A stretch of 64,000 nt of DNA from Candidatus Omnitrophota bacterium (GTDB lineage Bacteria > Omnitrophota > Omnitrophia > Omnitrophales > Aquincolibacteriaceae). The position numbers and the translations under genes were made by a program. The stretch covers positions 11,314 through 75,313 of the forward strand of contig JAUYMS010000041.1 of assembly GCA_030698625.1 (NCBI GenBank). Direction: 5' to 3'. How positions within the stretch are numbered: position 1 is the first letter of the stretch; each line of letters starts with the position of its first letter. The notes under the pieces are model-generated. The model was not told where the DNA came from. It searched no databases and was given only the letters and a program-made list of their open reading frames with translations. Below, piece by piece: positions 1-8,176 of this stretch.

Positions 1-760
1 CGCCCTTTTTGGTTCCATCCGGATCAAACAACACATAGCCCTTTGCGTCTTTAATCACGGCTAAGAGTTGCTCTAAGAATTTTTCATTCCCAATTTTCAA
101 TGTTTCGGTAATAAATCCCAGCCGTTTCGCCGCGGCTTTGGTCTTAAACTTTTTCGTGTATTGAGCAAGTTTTGTCCAATCAATTTCTTTTTGTTTCACC
201 CAAATCCCGCGAACCGCGTCGATTAATCCGCCGCAAATATCGGGGCGGTCGAGGCCGTCTAAAATAGTCCGCTCAAGATCACTCACCCGGACTTGTTCCT
301 GCTTCGTGGCCCAATGCGTGGTACGGCCCCAGAAATGTTCTTTCTTGGAATAGATAAAGTGGTACTTAATGTCTGTCAATTTTTTACCCGCCACACGCTG
401 AGGAATAGTGATGTAAACATCCATAATGGAATGCGAAGTCATTCCATGCAGGCGCATCGCGCTGTAGTGAGAAATAAAATAAGGATGCGGAGCTGCTATT
501 TCGCGGGCAATGATCGGCCAGTTTTTTAACTGAGTATTTTCCTGACCTGTTTTAAGAATTAAATAAACGCCCGCTTTTAATCTTGCAATGAGACCTCTCT
601 TCACAAGCTCACTGAGAAAATCGCCCGTTGCGTAGGCATCTTTGCCGTAAAGGCGACGGAAAGCGTCTAATGAAAAAGTAGTCTTTCCGTTCTTTTGAAG
701 CTGATTCAGCAAATGAGCGCTTTTAGGGCCCAGGGTCTTTGTAGGATATGGGGTTTTCAT
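1..760 (-). CDS. Partial CDS (C-terminus beyond window start). Winged-helix AbiEi-like (type IV TA/abortive-infection antitoxin family) protein.
   Basis: Manual reverse translation from ATG at 758-760 gives an open frame to position 1 with no stop. It is absent from the ORF track only because it runs off the edge. The N-terminus reads MKTPYPTKTLGPKSAHLLNQLQKNGKTTFSLDAFRRLYGKDAYATGDFLSELVKRGLIARLKAGVYLI (wHTH with the R-G-x-Y-x-I/L signature). Further on, VSDLERTILDGLDRP resembles the ERTLLDL motif of AbiEi-family proteins. Confidence 0.45.
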   Translation of the reverse strand, partial: MKTPYPTKTLGPKSAHLLNQLQKNGKTTFSLDAFRRLYGKDAYATGDFLSELVKRGLIARLKAGVYLILKTGQENTQLKNWPIIAREIAAPHPYFISHYSAMRLHGMTSHSIMDVYITIPQRVAGKKLTDIKYHFIYSKKEHFWGRTTHWATKQEQVRVSDLERTILDGLDRPDICGGLIDAVRGIWVKQKEIDWTKLAQYTKKFKTKAAAKRLGFITETLKIGNEKFLEQLLAVIKDAKGYVLFDPDGTKKG

Positions 761-889
761 GAGCTATATAATATGTATGGAATTAAGGATATCAACCTTA
801 ATTTTAGACACACAATATAGTGTTATCTATATCTTATTTGATTACAATAAGTTATATCGTCTTTAAAACCGCGCCAATCCCACAACGGC

Positions 890-2980
890 TTAGATCTCGC
901 TCACTGTGATGGCTGATGTGGTGAGGTTGAGCTCGAAGCGCTTTCCGTTGACCAGGGTGAAGGTCGCAAAATTACCTGCGAGACTTCCGCTGCCCGGCAA
1001 AAAGGCATAGCCGGCCGCGGCTTCTCCCGCCGGCACACGGATTTGCACCGAGCGCATCCAGTCCGCGTAGACGTCGCCCAACTTGATGACCGTAACATCC
1101 AGATAACTCACATTGGGTACGGGATCGTGATTGTGAAGGTCCGTCGTAACAATGAAGTCATTGTTGAGAAACGTCCGGCGGAAAACAGGCACCGCAGGAA
1201 TTTCCTGCCGCCTGTTCACAAGGCGGGCACGAAAAGCGCCGGTTGCGCGTTCGCGCAGGATTAAATCCTCGTTCTCGACTTCAAGCGACCACTTCTGGTC
1301 AGGCGTGACCACGATTTGAGGCGCATCAAAACGGTGCACTTCAAGCCGGCCCGCCAAATACTTCCCCTCCACGATGAAGTAAAGCGCGCGCACCCGGGTG
1401 AGGTCCACGCCGTAAGCCTGGAAGGGCGTTTTCGTGATCGCCCAGGGCTGGGGGGCATCGCTTTTAATCCCGGAAAAAATCACCGAACCCTTCTTATTGT
1501 CAGCGTCGACAATCTCAAACTTTATGCGGTCAACATCCCCGACAAAGTTAAAACCAAGGTAGGGCAGCGCAGTCAGATCAGCCGGTTGATCATAACGCCA
1601 ACCGGTTCCGGCCCAACCTTGTGCAGCGGTATTAAATTGAAAACGAATACCCAGATCGATCTGCTGAGTGTTCGCAACAATACCCGACGGTGAGACCGTG
1701 GTTGGGTACGGATCACCCGGCAGTTCCTGAATGCCTGCCGCGAGGTTCGGCTCGATCGCGGTGGGAATGCGGTTGATCTCGATCGTGCCGGTCTCATGGA
1801 CTCCTTCCACGATAAAATAAATCATGCGTACGCGGGCAAGATTAACGCCCGAGGCAGCCAGGTCCGCAGTCGAAATCACCCATTCGTCCCGCCGTTCAGC
1901 CGTAATGCTGTGCAGGTAGACCACCGCCTTACGGTTTTGGTCGTCGATGACCTCAACCTTGACCCGGTCCGGGTCTCCGCTCAGACTGAAGATCAAGCTT
2001 TCATAGCCGCTCAGATTCGCGGTTTCAATGGGCCCGGTGCCGAAGTCATCGTAGTTAAATCCTCCGCCGACCCAACCGGGCGCACCGGTATCGTAGGTCA
2101 TACGAATCCCGCGGCCCGTATCTTCAATTGAAGCCGACGCCCCATTCGGGATAACGGTGTTGTTCCGAGGCCTGCCGGGCAAGCGTGTGATATGCTCCTC
2201 GGATTGATAAATATCCGCATAGCCTGATCCGCGCGGGTACTGGTTCACCGTGACGTTTCCTGTTTGATTCTGACCTTCAACAATGAAGTAAATCACCCGT
2301 ACCCGCGACATATTTACGTTCTGAAACGCGGATCGCGGAACGGTCCACACCCGCTCAGTATCCGAACGAATACCCGTCAGATAAACGAAGGACTTCTGAT
2401 CGTTTTCGTCGACGATTTCCATTTTGAGCTGATTAATCGTACCCTGCAGCCCGAACGTGAATTCGGACAGGCGGGTCAGGTCCCCTGTTTCGATCGCACC
2501 GGTCCGGAAGTCGTCGTAGGTGAATCCTGTGCCGGCCCAACCGGGGGCCCCCGTCTCAAAGTGAAAATAGACGCCGCGGTCCTGAGAGCCACCCGTGGCC
2601 TGTGCACCGCCCGGGGTAATGAAAGTCTCCTTCGGATACCGCGAAATACCCACGGGTAAGGCGCGAATTTCGGATGTCGTACGCGATGAGGGGCCGTAAT
2701 TCGCGGGAGCGGCCTTTGCCGCCTGCGGCGTTTCGGCTGCAGACAAGGCGGCAGCGCCTAAAAACTCCGCCATCGGCTCAGCCTTAAGCGATTTCTGTGC
2801 AGATTCCACAACAGCGCCGGCCGCATCGGCATCAACGGGAACGGTAGCGACCGCGCCCCGGGGCTCTAAAATCACGGTTGAGTCGGCAGCGAATGCCGTC
2901 ATCACCGGTGTAAAGATCATGCTCATCGCAGTGACTACCGCGATGACCTCGTTTGCCGGATTGTGTTTTATCGTTTTCAT
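890..2980 (-). CDS. Secreted protein (signal peptide, Ala-rich linker) with three tandem ~115-aa repeat modules (repeat protein A). Function unknown, possibly carbohydrate-binding beta-sandwich-like.
   Basis: 696-aa ORF. The N-terminal signal is MKTIKHNPANEVIAVVTAMSMIFTPVMTAFA. It has three internal repeats sharing G-x-R-x-x-Y/F-x-T-G-A-x-G-W-x-G-x-G-F-x-Y-D-D-F ... K-x-E-I/V-V/I-D ... V-Y-L ... R-V-R-x-I-Y-F-I-V-E-G-x-x-x-T-G. An AAGGAG SD lies about 9 nt upstream of the ATG. A LacI-type operator lies about 58 bp upstream. Confidence 0.8.
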   Translation of the reverse strand: MKTIKHNPANEVIAVVTAMSMIFTPVMTAFAADSTVILEPRGAVATVPVDADAAGAVVESAQKSLKAEPMAEFLGAAALSAAETPQAAKAAPANYGPSSRTTSEIRALPVGISRYPKETFITPGGAQATGGSQDRGVYFHFETGAPGWAGTGFTYDDFRTGAIETGDLTRLSEFTFGLQGTINQLKMEIVDENDQKSFVYLTGIRSDTERVWTVPRSAFQNVNMSRVRVIYFIVEGQNQTGNVTVNQYPRGSGYADIYQSEEHITRLPGRPRNNTVIPNGASASIEDTGRGIRMTYDTGAPGWVGGGFNYDDFGTGPIETANLSGYESLIFSLSGDPDRVKVEVIDDQNRKAVVYLHSITAERRDEWVISTADLAASGVNLARVRMIYFIVEGVHETGTIEINRIPTAIEPNLAAGIQELPGDPYPTTVSPSGIVANTQQIDLGIRFQFNTAAQGWAGTGWRYDQPADLTALPYLGFNFVGDVDRIKFEIVDADNKKGSVIFSGIKSDAPQPWAITKTPFQAYGVDLTRVRALYFIVEGKYLAGRLEVHRFDAPQIVVTPDQKWSLEVENEDLILRERATGAFRARLVNRRQEIPAVPVFRRTFLNNDFIVTTDLHNHDPVPNVSYLDVTVIKLGDVYADWMRSVQIRVPAGEAAAGYAFLPGSGSLAGNFATFTLVNGKRFELNLTTSAITVSEI

Positions 2981-3038
2981 TTTTCTTTATCTCCTTGTTA
3001 TTTTTTCCCCTTGCTTCCTTCTGCCTCTGTGCCTTTAA

Positions 3039-3052
3039 TGTAAGCGCTTACA
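3039..3052. promoter_or_regulatory. Perfect 14-bp palindrome TGTAAGCGCTTACA (LacI-family operator type) in the promoter region of repeat-protein gene A, between the LacI-1 stop and the gene A start.
   Basis: Read directly: tgtaagcgcttaca is self-complementary. It matches the LacI/GalR-family consensus TGnAAnCGnTTnCA (cre/PurR-like). Confidence 0.6.
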
Positions 3053-3070
3053 CTTAAGGGCCAAAAAAAT

Positions 3071-4114
3071 TTACGCCCGGCTCACGGTCTTGCGCTCAAC
3101 GAATTCGGCAGGCAGAAGCGTTTGATTTCCGTAAAAGCCGCGGGCTGCCTTCTTACCCAGGTGACCGATCATAATCTCGGCACCCCGCTTGGCCACGTCG
3201 TAAAGCGGCATCCTCACGGTCGTAAGCGGCGGGCTCATCGTCGCAGCCGCTTTCTCATCGTCAAAGCCGACAACCGAGACGTCGCTCGGGCACTTACGGC
3301 CCGCTTTGCTTAAGTGCTGAATGGCGCCTCGCGCCATGGCATCGTTCAGGCAAAACATCGCCGAAAAATCCTTTCTCTTTTTTAAAAGTTGAGCGGCGGC
3401 CTCTTCGGCCTTCTCTTCGCGAAAATCGCCGCAGACGATCATGTCCTGATCCAAGCCGATCCCCTTTTTCTTTAGGTAACCGCGAAAGCCTTCAAGACGC
3501 AGACGGCTGTCGACCGAGCATGCGGCCCCGGTCATCACCGCTATTTTGCGGTGGCCTTGCCCGTAGAGGTATTCGGCGGCCAGTTTTCCGCCCGCCGCCT
3601 GATCGCCGCTTACGAAGTGGGCATGCACATTCTTTTCGGGATCCCCCAGAATAACGCAAGGCACACTCAGGTTACGAAATGCGGACTTATCCGAAAAGAA
3701 GGCGTGCCAATGCGTGACAATCAAGCCGTCGATTCCCTCGGCAGCTTTGAAATCGTATTTATTCCAATGGGTCTCGCCGCATTTGAGCATCAACACCTTG
3801 AAGCGGTAGGGCGTATTGAGGAGGGCATCGGAAACGCCGCAGAGTATTTGCGCATAATAATCGTTTAGGAAAACGCCTTCTCCGTGCGGCACCAAGACCC
3901 CCAATGTCCGGTACACCGCCTGAGTCAGCCCTTTAGCGGCGAGGTTCGGCGCGTACTGATGCCTGGCGATTATCGCATCCACCCGCTTGAGGGTATCCGG
4001 CGATACCTTGGAGCGCGTTTCGGGGTTCATGGCGCGCGAGACGGTCGCTATCGAGACCTTGGCCTTTTTTGCTATTTCATAAATGGTTAATTTCATTTTC
4101 CATCCTTTTTCCAT
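3071..4114 (-). CDS. LacI-family transcriptional regulator (paralog 1).
   Basis: The N-terminal HTH reads MKLTIYEIAKKAKVSIATVSRAMN, followed by a periplasmic-binding-protein-like sugar-binding domain. The true start is more likely M7 (about 4096) than 4114, because the operator sits 5 bp from the 4114 ATG. Confidence 0.9.
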   Translation of the reverse strand: MEKGWKMKLTIYEIAKKAKVSIATVSRAMNPETRSKVSPDTLKRVDAIIARHQYAPNLAAKGLTQAVYRTLGVLVPHGEGVFLNDYYAQILCGVSDALLNTPYRFKVLMLKCGETHWNKYDFKAAEGIDGLIVTHWHAFFSDKSAFRNLSVPCVILGDPEKNVHAHFVSGDQAAGGKLAAEYLYGQGHRKIAVMTGAACSVDSRLRLEGFRGYLKKKGIGLDQDMIVCGDFREEKAEEAAAQLLKKRKDFSAMFCLNDAMARGAIQHLSKAGRKCPSDVSVVGFDDEKAAATMSPPLTTVRMPLYDVAKRGAEIMIGHLGKKAARGFYGNQTLLPAEFVERKTVSRA

Positions 4115-4119
4115 ACTTC

Positions 4120-4135
4120 ATGTAAGCGCTTACAT
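4120..4135. promoter_or_regulatory. Perfect 16-bp palindrome ATGTAAGCGCTTACAT immediately upstream of LacI-1 (putative autoregulatory operator).
   Basis: Read directly. It has the same core as the 3039-3052 site. Confidence 0.6.
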
Positions 4136-4203
4136 CCTAACACCCCTCCCCCGCTCTGTCAAGCAGTGCGGGATAATATTAGGCGGGGGGCGGAACATAA
4201 AAT

Positions 4204-4270
4204 TTGACATTTCATGATATTAGGTTAGGATATGATCTGATACAGATTAAGTCTTAATAGGATATCATCT
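4204..4270 (+). promoter_or_regulatory. Divergent promoter region between LacI-1 and the cupredoxin/FTR1 pair. It contains TTGACA (4204-4209) and a 13-bp direct repeat TAGGATAT[G/C]ATCT (4227-4239 and 4258-4270).
   Basis: Read directly. An AAGGAGAA SD precedes the ATG at 4295. Assigning the -10 element is ambiguous. Confidence 0.3.
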
Positions 4271-4294
4271 TTAAAACCCCAAGGAGAAACACCC

Positions 4295-4639
4295 ATGCAC
4301 AAGCGAGTCATCCGGTTGAGCCTTATGTCCTTATGCGTTATCGGCGTGTTTTCAAGCGCCGCACTCGCAAAAGAACTTAAAACCTTTGAGATCAAAATCA
4401 AGGATCATCGCTTTGTTCCGTCTGAAATCGTTGTTCCCGCGGGTGAAAAAATTAAGCTCATCATTGAAAATCAGGATGATACCCCCGAAGAATTTGAGAG
4501 CGACTCATTGCGGCGCGAAAAAATTATCCCTGCCCATACTAAAGCACAGGTGTTTATTCCCGCGCTTAAGCCCGGCGAGTATAGCTTTGTCGGGGAGTTC
4601 CATGAAGAAACCGCACAAGGAAAATTAGTCGCCGTATAA
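4295..4639 (+). CDS. Small periplasmic cupredoxin-like protein (FtrB-like or EfeO-N-terminal-like partner of an FTR1 permease).
   Basis: 114 aa with signal peptide MHKRVIRLSLMSLCVIGVFSSAALA. It has a beta-rich mature domain and a strong SD. It lies immediately upstream of the FTR1 gene. Confidence 0.55.
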   Translation: MHKRVIRLSLMSLCVIGVFSSAALAKELKTFEIKIKDHRFVPSEIVVPAGEKIKLIIENQDDTPEEFESDSLRREKIIPAHTKAQVFIPALKPGEYSFVGEFHEETAQGKLVAV

Positions 4640-4660
4640 CAGGAGTACTTAAGGTTTTTT

Positions 4661-5554
4661 ATGCTGTCTATTTCTATTATTGTTTTTCGGGAAGTTCTGG
4701 AGATCGCCATGATCCTCGGTGTGGTGATGGCCGTCACCCGGGGATTGGTGGGGCGCAGGCGTTGGACTGCGGCCGGTATTTTAGGCGGTCTTTTGGGTTC
4801 TGCCGTCGTCGCCTATTTTACCGGAGCGATTTCAAATACGCTGGATGGAATGGGGCAGGAAGTTTTTAATGCCTTGGTTTTGATTCTGGCGACGGGACTG
4901 ATCGGTTGGACTGTGGTATGGATGAAAAGCCATAGCGCGGCTCTCGTGCGGCAAATAAAAGATGTCGGTAAATCAGTTGCCGCGGGGGAAGTCCCCCTCC
5001 ATATGTTGTCCGTTGTCGTGGGGCTCGCGATGCTTCGCGAAGGCTCAGAGATTGTCCTTTTTATTTACGGAGCGATTGCCTCCGGGACACCCTTTTTGAG
5101 TGTGCTTGCCGGGTTTACCTTTGGACTGATTTCCGGGAGTGCGGTCGGGGCGGCACTGTATTTCGGTTTATTAACCATCTCTCCCAAACATTTCTTTTCA
5201 GTAACAAGTTTTCTTCTTATATTTTTAGCTGCGGGAATGTTATTGCAGGCCGTGGGATTGTTAACGGCAGTCGGGTGGCTCCCTGAGGGAATTTCTCCTC
5301 TCTGGGACACTTCCGCAATCCTTAGCGAGAAACACGTCCTCGGTCAACTCGCGAATGCCTTGTTTGGGTATACCGCCCGGCCCTCTGCCGCTCAGGCCTT
5401 TGCCTATTTTGCAACAGTTGCAGGGCTCCTATTCTTAAATCACCTCTATTCACAACCCGGTAAGGGAAAAAACCATGTTCGCAGCAAGCGTAAGTCAAAT
5501 GAACAGACTCATCTTCTAGGGCTCGTTATTTACGGACGCTCTTCAAACACGTGA
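4661..5554 (+). CDS. High-affinity iron permease, FTR1/EfeU family.
   Basis: Polytopic membrane protein with two RExxE motifs (REVLE near the N-terminus and REGSE in the middle). Confidence 0.85.
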   Translation: MLSISIIVFREVLEIAMILGVVMAVTRGLVGRRRWTAAGILGGLLGSAVVAYFTGAISNTLDGMGQEVFNALVLILATGLIGWTVVWMKSHSAALVRQIKDVGKSVAAGEVPLHMLSVVVGLAMLREGSEIVLFIYGAIASGTPFLSVLAGFTFGLISGSAVGAALYFGLLTISPKHFFSVTSFLLIFLAAGMLLQAVGLLTAVGWLPEGISPLWDTSAILSEKHVLGQLANALFGYTARPSAAQAFAYFATVAGLLFLNHLYSQPGKGKNHVRSKRKSNEQTHLLGLVIYGRSSNT

Positions 5555-5633
5555 AATATGAGGTGGGTTATTTGTTCGGCTTATCCCGCGGCGCGCCGGA
5601 TGGTCTTTTGAAATGGATTGTTGAGGTTGAATT

Positions 5634-6056
5634 TTAAGACTTTTTCTTAGGACCCGGGAGGTTGCCGCCGGGCCCGCCTTCGCCAGAGGCCTTACGCGCT
5701 TGCATCGCAGCTTTCATCGCGGCCTTTCGCTCATCGGCCGAGCTTTTCATTTTGCCTTTACGTATCAGCGACTCCTCCGGCATCGCAGCCTCCGGCGCAA
5801 CCTTATCCTTCATCCGGGCCGCTTTCTTTTCCGCGTGCTGCCTTTCTCTTTCAGCTTTCCTTTGGGTCAAGATCCGGTCTCGCTCCCCTTTATCCTTGCC
5901 TGCCGTCTTCGCCCAATCGCTCATTTTATCGAGGGTGTTTTCCTGATGCACCTCATCATCAGCAAAGGCCGTAGCAACCGGTAGAACCGAAAAGACCATA
6001 AAACCAATCAAAAGAACCGACAGAAACTTCTTCATATTCATCTCCCTCTCTTTCAT
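5634..6056 (-). CDS. Secreted Lys/Glu/Arg/Ala-rich low-complexity protein, function unknown.
   Basis: Signal peptide MKKFLSVLLIGFMVFSVLPVATAFA, followed by a highly charged KE-rich sequence. Confidence 0.5.
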   Translation of the reverse strand: MKEREMNMKKFLSVLLIGFMVFSVLPVATAFADDEVHQENTLDKMSDWAKTAGKDKGERDRILTQRKAERERQHAEKKAARMKDKVAPEAAMPEESLIRKGKMKSSADERKAAMKAAMQARKASGEGGPGGNLPGPKKKS

Positions 6057-6074
6057 TTGTGTTACGTTTTCACC

Positions 6075-6491
6075 CTAAGACTCTTCAGGCCCGACAGTGC
6101 GGCGGAGAGTTTTTTTCTGGCCCTGTTTCTTTTTGGCGTCGAGCATTTTGTCCTTCGCTCGCTTGGAGCGCTTGCGCTTTTGCCGTTTGATTTTGGCAAT
6201 TCGGTGTGCTTCTGCGCTTTCGCGGCCGCGGATGCGGGCATCCAGCTTCTTCAGAAGGATACTGCGCGCTAAAAAGCGGTTCATCGCCTGCGAGCGTTCT
6301 TGCTGGCACCGCACGCTGAGCCCCGTAGGAATATGCTTGAGCACCACACAAGTGGAAACTTTGTTTACGTTCTGTCCGCCCGGCCCGCCGGACCGCACGA
6401 AGGTTTCCCGGAGGTCGGCTTCGCGAATGCCAAGCCGCTTCATGGCCCCGGCCAGTGCGTCATTCTTCTTTTCGGTGACCGGAAATCGCAT
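6075..6491 (-). CDS. arfB: Alternative ribosome-rescue factor ArfB (peptidyl-tRNA hydrolase, YaeJ family).
   Basis: 138 aa. The GGQ motif appears in GGPGGQNVNKVSTCV. It has a basic C-terminal tail typical of ArfB. Confidence 0.85.
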   Translation of the reverse strand: MRFPVTEKKNDALAGAMKRLGIREADLRETFVRSGGPGGQNVNKVSTCVVLKHIPTGLSVRCQQERSQAMNRFLARSILLKKLDARIRGRESAEAHRIAKIKRQKRKRSKRAKDKMLDAKKKQGQKKTLRRTVGPEES

Positions 6492-6494
6492 GGG

Positions 6495-6707
6495 CTAGGT
6501 GGTCACGATCACTTGCCCGTCAAACTCAATTCGCTGACCCGGGCGCACTTTAAAGGCCTTACGGGTTTCGATGACCCCGTTCACCTTCACCTGCGAACCG
6601 GCAATGACCTGCTTGGCAAACCCGCCGCTCTCACAAAGCCCCATTAATTTGAGGAGCTTGAAGAGTTCGATGTACTCGGTTTTTAGCGAAAATTCAATTT
6701 GCGGCAT
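6495..6707 (-). CDS. S4-domain RNA-binding protein (YbcJ-like).
   Basis: 70 aa. It resembles E. coli YbcJ (LLKL.G...SGG.AK..I..G.V.V.G..ETRK). Its stop lies 4 nt from the arfB start. Confidence 0.8.
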   Translation of the reverse strand: MPQIEFSLKTEYIELFKLLKLMGLCESGGFAKQVIAGSQVKVNGVIETRKAFKVRPGQRIEFDGQVIVTT

Positions 6708-6713
6708 GGTGAA

Positions 6714-8105
6714 TTATGGCTTCACGACAAACACCACATCTCCTTCGCCGTCGAGGCGGCCGAACTGGGGCGTCTGAAGATTGTTGGAGGCACGCGACAC
6801 TTGCGGTTTGAGAAAGGCCCCAAGCTCGGAGGCTGTTACCACGTTGTCATTGTCGCGGTCGGCTTCTCCGTCGAGGCCCCTCAGCAGATATTCGGTGAAG
6901 ACACCGTGGCCCTCACGCTCCATCACTTGTTCTCCTTTACCACCGGCGGTGATCATTTGGATCGACCGCATGCCGGTTATTTTCTGAATGTACCCGTTAA
7001 TGCCGGGATCGATTCCCGCCGCACGGGTAAAGCCAAGCCCTGAATAACAGGCATCCATCATATAGAGCATGTGCTTCGCCGGAATGCGGCGGGAAAGCGC
7101 TCTGATTTGGTCCATTGAGATCGCTGTCGTGAAATAATTGGTGATGTCGCCGTCTACGGGAATAATGTATCCCTGCTCTTTGCCGTCAGTCAGGGTTTCT
7201 GTCTGTCCGTGCCCTGCGAAGAAAAGCACAACCCTATCTTCGGCCCCGACTTTCTTAGGCAGCTCGCTTGCTAGCAATGTCAGAATCCTTGTGCGTGTGG
7301 CGTCTTTATCCAGGACTTCAATGACCTCGTCAAAACCGATTGCCTCAAGTTTTTGCTTCACGGCCCGCGCATCATTGACCGCATATTCCAGAGACGGCCA
7401 GAGATCATAGTTGTTGATACCGATTACGACGGCCCAGCTTTTTTGGTAATAATCTCCGGTTTCGAGTTCGCTCGCTTCAGGCGGCCCGAGTTCACCCCTT
7501 ACCGGAGCGGAAATCACGCGACGCTCGGCAAAGGCAATGAGGGGCGAAGAATGGTCGAGATTGTCCGCGAACTTGGAGAAAGTTTCCTGCAAGACCTTGC
7601 GGAAGCCATAGCTCCAGGGCGACGCCGTGGCCTTGCCGCCGCCTTCGATCGTATCGAGGATTTTCTGATCACGGTTCATCAACGTGCCCGTGAGGTCCAC
7701 CGTGGTTGTATTGAAACTTCGTTGACCCAGGGTGCAAAGCAGATCCACGGACATAACTAGATCGGCTTCGCCTTGTAGAGCTGCCTCAATACTCTCAAAT
7801 TGAACCACACTTTTAAAACGCTTCTCAAGGATTTCCTGCAAACCCACCGTGACCAGATCCGCACCAATGTCGCTGGTCGCGAGCGGATAGGCCACCTTCG
7901 CCAATCTCTTATTCTCTTCAATGTAGTCGAACGCCCTTTTGGCATTCTCTGTGTGCACGATGCCGAGTTTTAGTTTTCCGAGAGGCCCGCTTTGACCCCC
8001 GGCCGACCTCAGGGCAGAGACGGGATCCAAATAGCTGGGCGTTGAAACGCAACCCGACATCCATAAGAGTACGGCACCGGTGAGCCAGAAGTTTCTTGAG
8101 ATCAT
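6714..8105 (-). CDS. Lipoprotein with a C-terminal peptidase C14 (caspase/orthocaspase) domain.
   Basis: Start reassigned to the ATG at 8103-8105 (MISRNFWLTGAVLLWMSGC, lipobox Cys; GGAG SD 10 nt upstream). The caspase fold shows the His-Gly (FFAGHGQ) and Asp-Ala-Cys (MMDACYSG) catalytic dyad context. A C-terminal DGEADRDNDNVVTASEL motif is typical of bacterial caspase homologs. Confidence 0.8.
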   Translation of the reverse strand: MISRNFWLTGAVLLWMSGCVSTPSYLDPVSALRSAGGQSGPLGKLKLGIVHTENAKRAFDYIEENKRLAKVAYPLATSDIGADLVTVGLQEILEKRFKSVVQFESIEAALQGEADLVMSVDLLCTLGQRSFNTTTVDLTGTLMNRDQKILDTIEGGGKATASPWSYGFRKVLQETFSKFADNLDHSSPLIAFAERRVISAPVRGELGPPEASELETGDYYQKSWAVVIGINNYDLWPSLEYAVNDARAVKQKLEAIGFDEVIEVLDKDATRTRILTLLASELPKKVGAEDRVVLFFAGHGQTETLTDGKEQGYIIPVDGDITNYFTTAISMDQIRALSRRIPAKHMLYMMDACYSGLGFTRAAGIDPGINGYIQKITGMRSIQMITAGGKGEQVMEREGHGVFTEYLLRGLDGEADRDNDNVVTASELGAFLKPQVSRASNNLQTPQFGRLDGEGDVVFVVKP

Positions 8106-8176
8106 TCCCTGTTCTCCATGATATCTGTTTCGGCCATTCAGGCTGAAATCCCAAGGGAAGGATACGCGCAGGAACG

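Noticed and set aside
293-529. 78-aa plus-strand ORF at the window start.
   Set aside because: It lies inside the better-supported minus-strand AbiEi-like frame that runs off the window edge.
901-2659. Multiple 60-130-aa ORFs (901..1098, 1043..1264, 1261..1458, 1316..1693, 1573..1797, 1796..2131, 2264..2659) overlapping repeat-protein gene A in other frames.
   Set aside because: These are shadow ORFs inside a long, well-supported GC-rich gene. They have no start context, and Arg/Ser/Pro-rich translations are typical of off-frame reads.
4200-4275. Fur box in the FTR1 promoter region.
   Set aside because: GATATGATCTGATAC has only loose resemblance to GATAATGATAATCATTATC. It is reported only as a direct repeat of unknown function.
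5555-5633. GC-rich near-palindrome CCCGCGGCGCGCCGG after FTR1, considered as a terminator.
   Set aside because: The stem is imperfect and the downstream T-tract is short (tcttttg). Confidence is too low to call.
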